The notes: generated by a model from the sequence alone, not told the origin. Shown: positions 1 to 10,557, counted from the first letter of the stretch. The stretch: DNA of 64,000 bases from Verrucomicrobiota bacterium (GCA_043744715.1 JAYTUE010000082.1:1884-65883), one strand, 5' to 3'. Made by a program: numbers and translations.

Positions 1-1
1 C

Positions 2-1030
2 AAACCCGAACTCCGCGTGACGATCGACCGCAGCCGCGCAGCCGCGCTCGGGGTCAGCATCCAGGACATTTCCCGCACCACCCAGATTCTCTTCGGCGGC
101 CTGGACCTCAGCCGCATCAAGGTCGACGGCAAGGAATACAAGGTCATCGGGCAGCTCGAACGCGAGTCGCGGCTGACACCCTCGGACCTCGACAACGTTT
201 ACGTCCGGAGCACCAAAGGCGAACTCATCCAGCTCAGCGCGATCGTCACCCGGACCGAAGGCGGCGCACCGAACGGCATCAACCACTATGGCCGTCTTCG
301 CTCCGCCAGCATCACGGCCTCTGTCGGGTCCGTGCCGATCGGCACCGCCGTGAAGGCGGTTGAACCGCTTCTTTCGACCGATCTTCCGCCCGGCTTTCTC
401 CACGCCTGGGAAGGCGATGCGAAGAGCCTCGCGGACACTTCTTCCGAAATCTGGTGGATCCTCGGACTGGCCCTGGTCATCGTTTACATGACCTTGGCGG
501 CGCAGTTCGAGAGCCTCATCCATCCCTTCACCGTTATCCTCGCCGTGCCGCTCGCAATGGTCGGTGCCTTCGGCGCGTTGTGGCTTTTGAACAAGGGCGG
601 CGCCATCGGTCTCTACCCGCCGATCCCCGCGATGAACGTGAATCTCTTCAGCCAGATCGGCCTCGTTCTCCTCATCGGCCTCGTGACGAAGAACTCCATC
701 CTGCTCGTCGAATTCGCCAACAAGCAGACCGGGAAAGGGGTCGGCTCCCATGCCGCCATGGAGGAAGCCGGCCGCGTGCGCCTGCGTCCGATCTTGATGA
801 CGGCGCTCTCGACCATCGCGGGCATCATGCCGATCGCCATCGGATTCGGGGCCGGGGCCGAAAGCCGAAGGCCGATGGGCGTCGCCGTGGTCGGAGGAAT
901 GCTGACCTCCACCTTCCTCACGCTCTACGTCATCCCCGTCGTCTACACGTTGCTCGACGATCTGCGGGTGAAGTTCGGTGCTAGGACCCCCGTGACCCCG
1001 CCGCAGTCCGAGGCCATCCCAGTCAAATAA
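2..1030 (+). CDS. RND-family (AcrB/HAE1-like) efflux transporter inner-membrane subunit, C-terminal ~340 aa; the 5-prime end lies outside the window
   Basis: The frame is open from the window edge (track ORF 17..1030 begins at an internal GTG). It has a C-terminal TM bundle with AcrB-like motifs VTKNSILLVEFAN and RLRPILMTALSTIAGIMPIAIG. Confidence 0.85.
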   Translation, partial: KPELRVTIDRSRAAALGVSIQDISRTTQILFGGLDLSRIKVDGKEYKVIGQLERESRLTPSDLDNVYVRSTKGELIQLSAIVTRTEGGAPNGINHYGRLRSASITASVGSVPIGTAVKAVEPLLSTDLPPGFLHAWEGDAKSLADTSSEIWWILGLALVIVYMTLAAQFESLIHPFTVILAVPLAMVGAFGALWLLNKGGAIGLYPPIPAMNVNLFSQIGLVLLIGLVTKNSILLVEFANKQTGKGVGSHAAMEEAGRVRLRPILMTALSTIAGIMPIAIGFGAGAESRRPMGVAVVGGMLTSTFLTLYVIPVVYTLLDDLRVKFGARTPVTPPQSEAIPVK

Positions 1031-1146
1031 GCCGCCGGCCGGCCCCGGTTTCTACCGGGCAACTTTCGTTTTGAATTCACGGCCGCAAGGGCCAAAGTCC
1101 GCCCTCGATTTCGCGGGGGAAGGCCCACCTGATCTCGCACGACGAC

Positions 1147-2949
1147 ATGAAACGCACCCATCATTGCAACGAGCTCCGCGCCGAACACGCCGGACAGACT
1201 GTCACTTTGGCTGGCTGGGTCCATTCCCGCCGCGACCTCGGCGGACTCCTCTTCATCGACCTGCGCGACCGTGAAGGCCGCACCCAGACCGTCTTCGATC
1301 CGGCTGATCTGCCGAAGGAAGTCTTCGAGGGCGCGACCCATCTGCACAGCGAGTCCGTCATCGAAGTCACCGGCATCGTGCGCGCGCGCCCTACCGGCAC
1401 GAACAACGACAAGATCCCCACCGGACAGGTGGAGGTGATCGTCAAGGGCTGCACCGTCCTGAACCACGCCGAGATTCTCCCCTTCCCCGTCGATGACCCG
1501 GAGATCGCCAGCAAGGTCAACGAAGAGCTGCGCCTCCAGTATCGTTATCTCGACCTGCGCCGCCCGGAGATGATCCGCAACTTGCGCGTCCGCTCGAAGG
1601 TCGCTATCGCCACGCGCAGCTTCATGGATGAACAGGGCTTCCTCGAAGTCGAGACGCCCACGCTCTTCAAGTCCACGCCCGAAGGCGCGCGCGAATTCCT
1701 CGTCCCGAACCGCCGCGATCCCGGCACGTTCTACGCGCTGCCGCAGTCGCCACAGCAGTTCAAGCAGATCCTCATGGTCGGCGGCATCGAGCGTTACTTC
1801 CAGATTGCCCGCTGCTACCGCGACGAAGATCTGCGCGCCGACCGCCAGCCCGAGTTCACCCAGGTCGATATCGAGATGTCGTTCATCGACCGCGAAGACA
1901 TCTACGCGCTGATCGAAGGCTTGCTGAAGAAGGTCTGGATGACCGCGCTGAACATCGACATCCCGACGCCCTTCAAGCGCATCAGCTTTGAAGAGGCGCT
2001 CAACCGCTACGGGATCGACAAGCCGGACACGCGCTTCGGCATAGAGCTGGTGGACTTCACCGAGGAATTCCGCGCGAGCACGTTCAAGGTGTTCAGCGGA
2101 GCGATTGCCAGCGGCGGCGTGGTCAAGGCCATCAACGCCCGCGGCCTCGCCGGTGCGACGCAGGGCCAGCTCGAAACGATGACTGAGACCGCGAAGGGCT
2201 TCGGTGCGAAAGGGCTCGCTTACATCAAGGTGGAGAACGGTGAATGGAAATCGCCCATCGTGAAGTTCTTCAGCGAAGCCGAGAAGGCCGCGCTCACCAG
2301 CAAGCTCGCGATTCAAGAGGGCGACCTGATTCTCTTCGCCGCCGACCAATGGCTCAACGCCTGCGAAATCCTCGGCAAGATCCGCCTCTACTGCGCCGAC
2401 GTGCTGAAGACGCAGGGCAAGCTCACGCTTGATCCGAAGCAGTTCAATTTCCTGTGGGTGATCGAGTTCCCGCTGCTCGGTTTCGACCGCGAGATGAACC
2501 GCTGGTATTCCAGCCATCACCCGTTCACCGCGCCCGTCGCGGACGACATCCCGCTGCTCAAGACCGACCCGAAGCGCGTCCGCGGCCAGCACTACGACAT
2601 CGTGGTGAACGGCGTGGAGCTCGGCGGCGGATCGATCCGCATCCATCAGCCCGACGTGCAGAAGACCATCTTCGAGGAGCTGCTCCAGATTCCACCGGAC
2701 GAAACCCAGAGCCGCTTCGGCTACATGCTGGAAGCCTTCAAGTATGGCGCGCCTCCCCACGGCGGCATCGCGCTCGGCTTTGATCGCCTCATCGCGATCC
2801 TCTGCGGCGCGAGCAGCATCCGCGACGTCATCGCCTTCCCGAAGACCGCGAAGGGCGTCTGCCTCATGACCGACAGCCCGAGCCAGGTGACCCCGCGCCA
2901 GCTCCGCGACCTGCACATCGAGGTGAAGGCTGCGGTGAAGAAGGAGTGA
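1147..2949 (+). CDS. aspS: Aspartyl-tRNA synthetase
   Basis: 600-aa ORF with an N-terminal OB fold (GWVHSRRDLGGLLFIDLRDREG), FYALPQSPQQFKQ, class II motif 2 RCYRDEDLRADRQPEFTQVD and motif 3 GGIALGFDRL. Confidence 0.97.
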   Translation: MKRTHHCNELRAEHAGQTVTLAGWVHSRRDLGGLLFIDLRDREGRTQTVFDPADLPKEVFEGATHLHSESVIEVTGIVRARPTGTNNDKIPTGQVEVIVKGCTVLNHAEILPFPVDDPEIASKVNEELRLQYRYLDLRRPEMIRNLRVRSKVAIATRSFMDEQGFLEVETPTLFKSTPEGAREFLVPNRRDPGTFYALPQSPQQFKQILMVGGIERYFQIARCYRDEDLRADRQPEFTQVDIEMSFIDREDIYALIEGLLKKVWMTALNIDIPTPFKRISFEEALNRYGIDKPDTRFGIELVDFTEEFRASTFKVFSGAIASGGVVKAINARGLAGATQGQLETMTETAKGFGAKGLAYIKVENGEWKSPIVKFFSEAEKAALTSKLAIQEGDLILFAADQWLNACEILGKIRLYCADVLKTQGKLTLDPKQFNFLWVIEFPLLGFDREMNRWYSSHHPFTAPVADDIPLLKTDPKRVRGQHYDIVVNGVELGGGSIRIHQPDVQKTIFEELLQIPPDETQSRFGYMLEAFKYGAPPHGGIALGFDRLIAILCGASSIRDVIAFPKTAKGVCLMTDSPSQVTPRQLRDLHIEVKAAVKKE

Positions 2950-2988
2950 TAAGAAATTCCGGGGAATAGGTATAAGTCGAGATGCCGG

Positions 2989-3369
2989 ATGAAAGTTGGA
3001 AACGCTGACACACCTCGACCTCGGATCACTGCTACAAGAGTTATCCTTGGATGCTTGGTGTTGTTGATCTTGGCTTGGCTGACATTAATCCAGGTTGGAT
3101 TCCCAGAAGGAATCTACTACTCGGCCGAGGTTGATCAGCGTTTTCCCGGATACCGGATGGAAATCCGTGATGGAGAAATCCTCCTGACCAGCTCGGACAA
3201 AGAGATTGTCAGAGTCGGACAGTGCTGGATTACCAATGGGGCACATCACGCTTCACTAAATACTGACCGGCAGCTGTCGTTTCAGCTGGACCGAACCCCA
3301 CTCGGGCTACGTTTTTCGAATCTCTTCACCAACTCGCCAAGCCAAACCCTCATCAAGATTTGGCCGTGA
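2989..3369 (+). CDS. Hypothetical small membrane protein
   Basis: 126-aa ORF with one N-terminal hydrophobic helix (VILGCLVLLILAWLTLI). G+C is visibly lower than in the neighbours. No recognisable family. Confidence 0.4.
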   Translation: MKVGNADTPRPRITATRVILGCLVLLILAWLTLIQVGFPEGIYYSAEVDQRFPGYRMEIRDGEILLTSSDKEIVRVGQCWITNGAHHASLNTDRQLSFQLDRTPLGLRFSNLFTNSPSQTLIKIWP

Positions 3370-3509
3370 TTGATACGCTTCGTTGTATCCGATCCATTCC
3401 TTGTCTGAGGACTTTGGGTCAAGTGTGAGTCAAGTTATTGGTCAAGCTCGTCCGCTGTTGACGGAATTGGCCTGAAGAAATCCGCCGTTGAACTTGTCCG
3501 ACTAGTCGG

Positions 3510-6500
3510 ATGAGTGAGAACCTGCGGCCAATGCCCCGATTGAAGTCCAAGACCGTGTTCGCCTTGGCGATGTGCTTCGCCGTGTGGGCGGCTTCCCTGC
3601 AAGGCCGTGCCGACGAGATCCGGTTCAACCGCGACATCCGGCCGATCCTCTCGGACAACTGCTTCCAATGCCACGGCCCGGACCCGAAGAACCGGAAGGG
3701 AAAGATGCGACTGGACGTCCGGGAGGAGGCTCTCGCCAAGAAGGCCTTCGTCCCAGGTGATCCGGCAAATTCCGAACTCCTCGCCCGCCTCGTCAGCACC
3801 GATGCCGAGGAGGTCATGCCTCCGCCAGAAACCCACAAGACCGTCACGGCCCCCCAGCGTGAGCTGCTGAAGCGCTGGATCGCCGCCGGGGCGCCCTACG
3901 AACCCCATTGGTCCTATGCACCCGTCGTGCGTCCCGTGGTTCCTTCGGTGGCCGACACGAAGTGGCCGACCACGCTCATCGACCGTTTCCTGTTGAGCCG
4001 ACTTGAAGCCGGCAAGATCCCGCCGTCGCCCGCCGCCGACCGACGCACCCTGCTCCGCCGCCTTTCGCTCGATCTGACAGGGCTTCCTCCGAGTCCGGCG
4101 GAGGTCGATGCGTTCGTGAAGGACACTTCCGCCAAGGCCTACGAGAAACAGATCGACCGCCTTCTGGCCTCGCCCCACTTCGGTGAACGCATGGCCGTGC
4201 CGTGGCTGGATGCGGTGCGGTTCGCCGACACCGTCGGCTACCACGGCGACCAGAACCAGAACGTCTTCCCCTACCGCGACTACGTCATCGACTCGTTCAA
4301 CCGCAACAAACCCTTCGACCAGTTCACCCTCGAACAGATCGCCGGCGACCTCCTGCCCAACGCGACGCCCGAACAACGCACGGCCAGCGGATTCAACCGT
4401 CTGAACATGATGACCCGCGAAGGCGGCGCGCAGCCGAGGGAATATCTGACGAAGTATGCCGGCGACCGTGTCCGCACTGTCTCGACCGCGTGGCTCGGTT
4501 CGACGATGGCCTGTTGCGAATGCCACGATCACAAGTTCGATCCGTTCTCCCAGGCCGACTTCTACACGATGGCGGCGTTCTTCGACGACGTGAAGCAATG
4601 GGGCGTCTACAACGACTACAACTACACGCCGAATCCGGAGCTCAAGGGCTGGAGCAACGACCACCCCTTCCCGCCCGAGCTGGTCGTCACCAACGCCTAT
4701 CTCCAGCGCCGCGAGATCAGCCTCCGCCGGCAGTTGGACGGCCTGCTCGCAGCCGTTCCCGCTTCGACGAATCGCGCGGCGTTTGAGACGTGGCGCAAGG
4801 AGACGGCGGAGTTCGTGAAGCGCTGGAAGGACGGCTGGCAGGTCGCATTGGTGCCCAAGGCTTCCCTCGTCGCCACCAACTCGAAGGCCACGGTATCCGT
4901 GCTGGACGACGGATCCCTGCTCGTCGGCGGAAAGCCCGCAGCCGCCGAGAAGTTCCTCGCCTCGTTCGGCCTGCAAAAAGGCCGCCTCGCCGCACTCCGT
5001 CTCGAACTGATGCCGCATCCCGAACACAAGAATTCCACGCTGCGTGCGGGCAAGGCCTTCGGCCAGATCCGTCTGACTGCGACGCTCAAGCCGCGCAACG
5101 GCAAGGAACAGAAGCTGAAGTTCTCCGACGCCCAGGCCTCGTCGCGCGTGGCGGCCTACGCGAACGGCTTCGAGGTGACCGACGTGAAGGGCGTCTGGAA
5201 AGTGCCCGCGCACACCGCCAAGGCCACGCAGACGGCCGTCTACCTGATTGATGGGCCTGTCGTGGTGGAGGACGGCGATCTTCTTTCGGTAACCGTCGAA
5301 TCAGACGACATCGGACGTTTCCGGATCAGCGCCACACCGCTGGCCTCGCTGGACCTCCTCCAGTCCGGAGCCGATCCCGTCATGGTCAAAGCCCTGGCTT
5401 CATCCGGCCTCGGCCGCAGCTCCGCCGTGAAGCGTTCCCTCGCTGTCGGCTTTCTGCTTGGAACCGCGGCCGATCCCGTCGCCTATGAACGCGTCAAGAA
5501 CCTGTTGGCGGAAGCGCGGTCGCTGCACGGCGGAACTTCCCCCACCCTCGTCACCGTCACCACGACGAACCTTTTCGCCACCCGCGTGCTGCCCCGTGGC
5601 AATTGGCAGGATGAATCCGGTGCCGTCCTCAAGCCGGCCACGCCCCATTTCCTTTCCGGCCCCAAGCAACCGGCCGAAGGACGCCTCAGCCGGATCGACC
5701 TCGGACGCTGGCTGACTTCCCGGGAGAATCCGCTGACCGCCCGCGCGATGATGAACCGGATGTGGAAACAGTTTTTCGGCAACGGCATTTCCAACCAGCC
5801 GGAGGAACTCGGCGCGCAGGGTGAACCTCCTACCCATCCCGAACTCATCGACTGGCTCGCCGCCGAGTTCATGGACAGCGGCTGGAACGTGAAGCACATG
5901 GTCAGGCTTCTCGTCACATCCTCCGCCTACCAGCAGGACAGCAGGGGGCGTCCGGAGCTGCGCGACATCGATCCGAACAACCGTCTCCTGGCCCGGCAGA
6001 ATCCGCGCCGTCTTGAAGCCGAGTTTGTCCGGGACAACGCCCTCTTCATCGCAGGAATGCTCGACCCGGAAGTCGGCGGACCCAGCGCGTTCCCCTACCA
6101 ACCGGGCGGCTATTACGCGAACATCCAGTTCCCCGACCGCGACTACTACGCAAGCCGGGACGAACGCCAATATCGCCGGGGGCTCTACTCCCATTGGCAG
6201 CGGACGTTCCTCCATCCGATGCTGGCCAACTTCGACGCGCCTTCCCGCGAGGAATGCGCCGTCGACCGGCTCACCTCCAACACCCCACAGCAGGCGTTGA
6301 CGTTGCTCAACGATCCTTCGTTCGTCGAAGCCGCCAAGGTCTTCGCCGCGAAGCTGCTGTCCGCTCCGAAGGTGAAGACGGACGAAGCGCGGCTTGGTCT
6401 GGCCTTTCAAACAGCGCTGATGCGCGCCGTCAAACCGGCGGAACGTGACTCCCTGCTGAAGCTTCTTTCCGAACAGCGGAAGGCCTTTTCCGCCGCTCCG

Positions 6501-6632
6501 GGCGACGCGGACAAGCTGCTGAAAACCGGGCTGACTCCGCCGGATCCAAAACTTCCCGCCGCCGAGCACGCCGCCTGGACGAGCGTGGCCCGCGTCATCC
6601 TCAACCTCCACGAGACGATCACCCGTTATTGA
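3510..6632 (+). CDS. PSCyt/DUF1549/DUF1553 (PSD1-type) exported protein
   Basis: 1040 aa with an N-terminal signal peptide, a cytochrome-c-like CFQCHG motif, DUF1549-like PHFGERMAVPWLDAVRFAD and DUF1553-like CCECHDHKFDP. It is followed by a DUF1501 partner, which is typical of PVC genomes. Confidence 0.85.
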   Translation: MSENLRPMPRLKSKTVFALAMCFAVWAASLQGRADEIRFNRDIRPILSDNCFQCHGPDPKNRKGKMRLDVREEALAKKAFVPGDPANSELLARLVSTDAEEVMPPPETHKTVTAPQRELLKRWIAAGAPYEPHWSYAPVVRPVVPSVADTKWPTTLIDRFLLSRLEAGKIPPSPAADRRTLLRRLSLDLTGLPPSPAEVDAFVKDTSAKAYEKQIDRLLASPHFGERMAVPWLDAVRFADTVGYHGDQNQNVFPYRDYVIDSFNRNKPFDQFTLEQIAGDLLPNATPEQRTASGFNRLNMMTREGGAQPREYLTKYAGDRVRTVSTAWLGSTMACCECHDHKFDPFSQADFYTMAAFFDDVKQWGVYNDYNYTPNPELKGWSNDHPFPPELVVTNAYLQRREISLRRQLDGLLAAVPASTNRAAFETWRKETAEFVKRWKDGWQVALVPKASLVATNSKATVSVLDDGSLLVGGKPAAAEKFLASFGLQKGRLAALRLELMPHPEHKNSTLRAGKAFGQIRLTATLKPRNGKEQKLKFSDAQASSRVAAYANGFEVTDVKGVWKVPAHTAKATQTAVYLIDGPVVVEDGDLLSVTVESDDIGRFRISATPLASLDLLQSGADPVMVKALASSGLGRSSAVKRSLAVGFLLGTAADPVAYERVKNLLAEARSLHGGTSPTLVTVTTTNLFATRVLPRGNWQDESGAVLKPATPHFLSGPKQPAEGRLSRIDLGRWLTSRENPLTARAMMNRMWKQFFGNGISNQPEELGAQGEPPTHPELIDWLAAEFMDSGWNVKHMVRLLVTSSAYQQDSRGRPELRDIDPNNRLLARQNPRRLEAEFVRDNALFIAGMLDPEVGGPSAFPYQPGGYYANIQFPDRDYYASRDERQYRRGLYSHWQRTFLHPMLANFDAPSREECAVDRLTSNTPQQALTLLNDPSFVEAAKVFAAKLLSAPKVKTDEARLGLAFQTALMRAVKPAERDSLLKLLSEQRKAFSAAPGDADKLLKTGLTPPDPKLPAAEHAAWTSVARVILNLHETITRY

Positions 6633-6639
6633 TGCCGCC

Positions 6640-8091
6640 ATGAGAACTTCATTCGATCTCGACCGCTTCACGCGCGACATCAACCGCCGGTCGTTCCTCG
6701 CGCGTTCCGCCTACGGCTTGGGCGGAATGGCCCTCGCCTCCTTGTTCTCCCCGGATTTATTCGCCACGGCCCCGGCTTCGTCGATCCGGGGAATTCCCGG
6801 ATCGATTCAACCGCTCCATTTTCCGCAGAAAGCCAAACGCGTCATCCACCTCTGCATGGCCGGCGGGCCCTCGCACCTGGAGAGCTTCGACTGGAAACCC
6901 AAGCTCAAGGAGCTCGACGGGAAGCCGTTCCCCGACTCCCTGACGAAGGGCCAGCAACTTGCCCAGCTTCAGAACACGCCGCTGAAGGCGCGGGGACCAT
7001 TCGTCGAGTTCAAGAAACACGGCCACTCCGGCCAGGAAATCTCCAGCCTCTTCCCCAACATCGCCACGTTGGCCGACCAGATGTGCATCGTCCGATCCAT
7101 GCACACGGAGCAGATCAACCACGATCCGGCCCATGCCTTCATGAACAGCGGCTCGATCATCAAGGGCCGTCCGTCGATGGGTTCGTGGCTGCTCTACGGT
7201 CTCGGTGCGGAGACGGACAACCTGCCGGGCTTCGTCGTCCTTACTTCCCAAGGTAAGGCCGGTGCCCAGCCAGTCTCCGCGCGGCAATGGTCTTCCGGCT
7301 ATCTCCCGAGCAAGTATCAGGGCATCCAGCTCCAGTCGAAGGGCGAGGCCGTCCACTACGTCGGCAATCCCGAGGGCGTGTGCCAGAGCACGCAGCGCCA
7401 GATCGTCGAGGAGATCAACCGGATCAACGGCATGTTGGCCGACGAGAAACTCGATCCCGAGATCCAGACCCGCATCGCCCAATACGAGCTGGCCTTCAAG
7501 ATGCAGACGTCCGTGCCCGACCTGACGGACTTCGCCGAGGAGTCCAAGGAAACCCTTGAATCCTACGGCATCAAGGAAGCCGGCGACGGCTCCTTCGCCT
7601 CCAACTGCCTCATGGCCCGGAGGCTGGCGGAACGGGGCGTCCGTTTTATCCAGCTCTACCACCGCGCCTGGGACCACCACGGCGAGATCGAGAAGAACAT
7701 GCCGGTCGCGGCGAAAGACGTGGACCAGTCGAGCGCCGCCTTGGTCAAGGATCTGGCGCAGCGCGGGCTCCTGGAAGACACGCTCGTCGTCTGGGGCGGC
7801 GAATTTGGGCGCACGCCCATGGGCCAGGGTTCGGGCCGGGACCACCACATCAAGGCCTTCTCCATCTGGATGGCCGGCGGCGGCATCAAGCCCGGCGTCA
7901 CTTGGGGCAGCACCGACGAACTGGGCTACAGCTACGTGTCCGACGGCCAGGACATGGACGTCCACGACCTCCACGCAACGATGCTCTCGCTCTGCGGCAT
8001 CGACCATAGACGGCTCACCGTCCGCTATCAGGGCCGCGACTTCCGGCTGACCGACATCCACGGACGGATCATCAAGGGCATCTGCGCGTGA
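6640..8091 (+). CDS. DUF1501 (sulfatase-like fold) protein with twin-arginine signal
   Basis: 483 aa with a Tat motif RRSFLARSA and motifs GGPSHLESFDWKP, AWDHHG and GGEFGRTP. It is the canonical partner of the upstream DUF1553 gene. Confidence 0.85.
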   Translation: MRTSFDLDRFTRDINRRSFLARSAYGLGGMALASLFSPDLFATAPASSIRGIPGSIQPLHFPQKAKRVIHLCMAGGPSHLESFDWKPKLKELDGKPFPDSLTKGQQLAQLQNTPLKARGPFVEFKKHGHSGQEISSLFPNIATLADQMCIVRSMHTEQINHDPAHAFMNSGSIIKGRPSMGSWLLYGLGAETDNLPGFVVLTSQGKAGAQPVSARQWSSGYLPSKYQGIQLQSKGEAVHYVGNPEGVCQSTQRQIVEEINRINGMLADEKLDPEIQTRIAQYELAFKMQTSVPDLTDFAEESKETLESYGIKEAGDGSFASNCLMARRLAERGVRFIQLYHRAWDHHGEIEKNMPVAAKDVDQSSAALVKDLAQRGLLEDTLVVWGGEFGRTPMGQGSGRDHHIKAFSIWMAGGGIKPGVTWGSTDELGYSYVSDGQDMDVHDLHATMLSLCGIDHRRLTVRYQGRDFRLTDIHGRIIKGICA

Positions 8092-8148
8092 TGCACCGGG
8101 CCGACTCGTTCCAGCCTGGCCGTTCATGAGCGAACCCGCCTGCCCGAT

Positions 8149-8343
8149 GTGCGAGATGGCCGAGTGTTGGGGCACCCGGATCGACTGACTCTGAGCTGCC
8201 CCCTGCTGTGGCGGCTCTATCTGCCCCGGCACTGGCTGGACGATCCGGCCCAACGGGCGGCTGGGCGGATTCCTGCGGAGGTTCAATACCGGAGCAAGAA
8301 CGATCTGGCCTTCGGAAATCCAGCGGCGGCGCGCACGGAGTGA
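8149..8343 (+). pseudogene. Fragment of an IS701-like (DDE) transposase
   Basis: Only about 50 codons are recognisable: LYLPRHWLDDPAQRAAGRIPAEVQYRSKNDLAF resembles the conserved LYLP..W..D..R...AG.P......TK..LA block of IS701-family transposases. No catalytic region and no inverted repeats were seen. Confidence 0.45.
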
Positions 8344-8431
8344 CGCGCCCTACCGCCGCCGGGTCAATGGGCGACTGTGGAGAGGCCAGCCAGTGGGACT
8401 GGCAAGATGCACTGCCCTGCCTTCACGACGT

Positions 8432-9199
8432 TCAACCCAACCGGCCGAGGAGCTGGTCGACCTTGTCGCGCTGGCTGCGGGCCAGGGTCAGGCGGACGCC
8501 GTTGACGAGGATGACGGCGTATTCGCCGTGGAAGAGCGGCTGGAGTTCCTTAACCCGGTCAAGGTTCACGATGGCCGACCGGCTGATGCGGAGGAACTGG
8601 ACCGCGTTGAGCCGCTTTTCCCACGCCGAGATGGTCTCGCGGATCAGGTGAGTCTCGGTCCCGATGTGGAGCTCGACGTAGTTGTCGGCCGCGCCCACCC
8701 AGTCGATGTCGCCGGGGCGGATGAGAAGGATGCGGCCATTGGACTTGATGGCGAGGCGATCGGACCCGCGGCCTGCTGCGTCGAGGTCGTTGACGAGCCC
8801 ATCGACCCTGGCCTGGGCGGGCGCGGGATTTGCGCGACGCAGCTCCGCCACCGCCCGACTGAAGGCGGTCTGGAAGCGTTCGCGGTCATAGGGCTTCAGC
8901 AGGTAGTCGAGCGCGCGGGACTCGAAGGCTTTCACGGCGAACTGGTCGAATGCCGTGACGAAGATGATCAACGGCCTGTGCTCGGGATCGATCGACGCGA
9001 GCACGCCGAAACCGTCCAGCTCGGGCATCTGGATGTCGAGGAACACGAGGTCGGGCTTGAGCTCGCCGATGCGGTCGACGGCTTCGAGGCCGTGCGCGGC
9101 CTCGCCGACGATCTCGGCCTCCGGCTCCTTCTCCAGCAACGCCCGCAGCCGGCCCCGGGCCAGCGGTTCGTCGTCGACTATGAGCGCGCGCACTTTCAT
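8432..9199 (-). CDS. LytR/AlgR-family response regulator (receiver + LytTR DNA-binding domain)
   Basis: Receiver motifs (ALIVDDEPLAR, FLDIQMPELDG, LLKP) and a LytTR domain (IDWVGAADNYVELH ... FLRISRSAIVNLDRV). The start is placed at the MKVRALIVDDE ATG rather than the longer track ORF (..9256). Confidence 0.9.
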   Translation of the reverse strand: MKVRALIVDDEPLARGRLRALLEKEPEAEIVGEAAHGLEAVDRIGELKPDLVFLDIQMPELDGFGVLASIDPEHRPLIIFVTAFDQFAVKAFESRALDYLLKPYDRERFQTAFSRAVAELRRANPAPAQARVDGLVNDLDAAGRGSDRLAIKSNGRILLIRPGDIDWVGAADNYVELHIGTETHLIRETISAWEKRLNAVQFLRISRSAIVNLDRVKELQPLFHGEYAVILVNGVRLTLARSQRDKVDQLLGRLG

Positions 9200-9348
9200 G
9201 GGGTGGGAGGGTCTAACCACAGACGGGCCTGCTGGCAAAGCCGAAGACCAAATCAACGATCACCGATGATGAGGAGCAATCAGCCGAACCGAAAATTCGG
9301 GCTTCAGCTTCCGGGCTTCTTTCGGCCTTAAACCTTCGGATTTCGGGC

Positions 9349-10464
9349 TTACTTGAGCGCATGGGGAGTCGGGCCGAGTTTCTTCAGCGGAAGTCGGATC
9401 AACGCCTCCGTCCCGCCGTTGGCGCCGGCGGCAAGGCTGAATTCCTGGGCGGTGCCGTAGAGCTGTTCCAGCCGCGCCCGCGTGTTCGCGACGCCGATGC
9501 CGGTGCCGTGGCGGTTGCTTGAACCGGGGCCTCGGCCGGTGTCGGTGACGAGGAGGATCAGTTCGTCGCCGAGTCGTTCCGCCGAGATGCGGATGGCACC
9601 GGGCGCGGCCATCGGTTCGATGCCGTGGCGGATGGCGTTCTCGACCAGCGGTTGGAGGATGAGCGTGGGCACGCGGGCTTCGGCCAGTTCATCGGGAATC
9701 GCCACGTCGACGGTCAGCCGGTCGCCGAAACGCGTCTGCTCGATCTCCAGATAGCATTTCAGGAAATCGATCTCCTGCCGCAGCGACACCTCCTGTTCCG
9801 AGCTGCTGGCGAGGGCACGACGCAGCAAATCCGCCAGCTTGGTCAACGTGCGGTCGGCCGCGTCCACGTCGACGTGCATGAGGGACGAGACGGCGTTGAG
9901 CGAATTGAAGAGGAAGTGCGGGTTGAGCTGCATCTGGAGCGCCTGGAGACGCGCGACGGTGAGGCGTTGTTCCAGTTCCACGGCGCGGCGCTGGCGTTCC
10001 TGGGCGTCGCGGTAGTAGCGCAGGCCGGTGCTCATGCCGACGATCAGCCAATAGACGAGCACGTTGAAGAACCACGTCTTCCGCGCCAGCAGTTGCACAG
10101 CCCCGCCGAAATTCTCTTCCTCCCCCGCCCCGCCTGCGGGTAACTGCCCGACGGCCGCCCGGAGAAAAAGGTAACTCAGGCAGAAGACGGCGCTGGCGAG
10201 GAGATGGAGCAGGAGATGACGGCCCCGATCCGGGGATTCTATGGCGAACCTTCGCGCAAGCCACAGCACCGGCACGGACAGCAGCGCGAAGGCATACCAG
10301 TCGCCCAGGGACCAGACGACCGCCCGTCCGAGACCGACCGATGCGCCGGCCTTGCTGCCCGAGATGTAGAACTGCCCGGCGAAGGCCAGGCCCACGAGCG
10401 TCCACACGCCGAACAGGGCGGCGGCGCGGAACCAGGGGCGTTGCCAAAGGACGTTCAGGGACAT
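9349..10464 (-). CDS. LytS/YehU-type sensor histidine kinase (His_kinase + HATPase_c)
   Basis: N-terminal TM helices, then LNPHFLFNSLNAVSSL (PF06580-type H box) and an ATPase region LILQPLVENAIRHG ... DTGRG. The start is placed at MSLNVLWQ (10464). The upstream 231 codons of track ORF 9349..11157 are antisense to the next gene. Confidence 0.85.
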   Translation of the reverse strand: MSLNVLWQRPWFRAAALFGVWTLVGLAFAGQFYISGSKAGASVGLGRAVVWSLGDWYAFALLSVPVLWLARRFAIESPDRGRHLLLHLLASAVFCLSYLFLRAAVGQLPAGGAGEEENFGGAVQLLARKTWFFNVLVYWLIVGMSTGLRYYRDAQERQRRAVELEQRLTVARLQALQMQLNPHFLFNSLNAVSSLMHVDVDAADRTLTKLADLLRRALASSSEQEVSLRQEIDFLKCYLEIEQTRFGDRLTVDVAIPDELAEARVPTLILQPLVENAIRHGIEPMAAPGAIRISAERLGDELILLVTDTGRGPGSSNRHGTGIGVANTRARLEQLYGTAQEFSLAAGANGGTEALIRLPLKKLGPTPHALK

Positions 10465-10557
10465 CTCGGAGCGGAGCTTGGAGGGAAAAACGGCGCAGGT
10501 GAACAGCGAAGCGCCCCGGAGCTTGCATCCCTTCCCCGGCTGCCCCATTCGTTCGCC

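Noticed and set aside
943-2916. 657-aa ORF antisense to aspS. Similar long antisense ORFs include 3435..5213, 5400..6683, 6757..8286, 12447..13946, 16332..17672, 18731..20077, 26872..28176, 49117..50694, 55290..56414, 56505..57548, 58527..59867, 59887..61185 and 61755..63857.
   Set aside because: These are shadow ORFs typical of high-G+C DNA. Their translations are Arg/Gly/Ala/Asp-rich low-complexity sequence with no motifs. In every case the opposite strand encodes a protein with clear family signatures.
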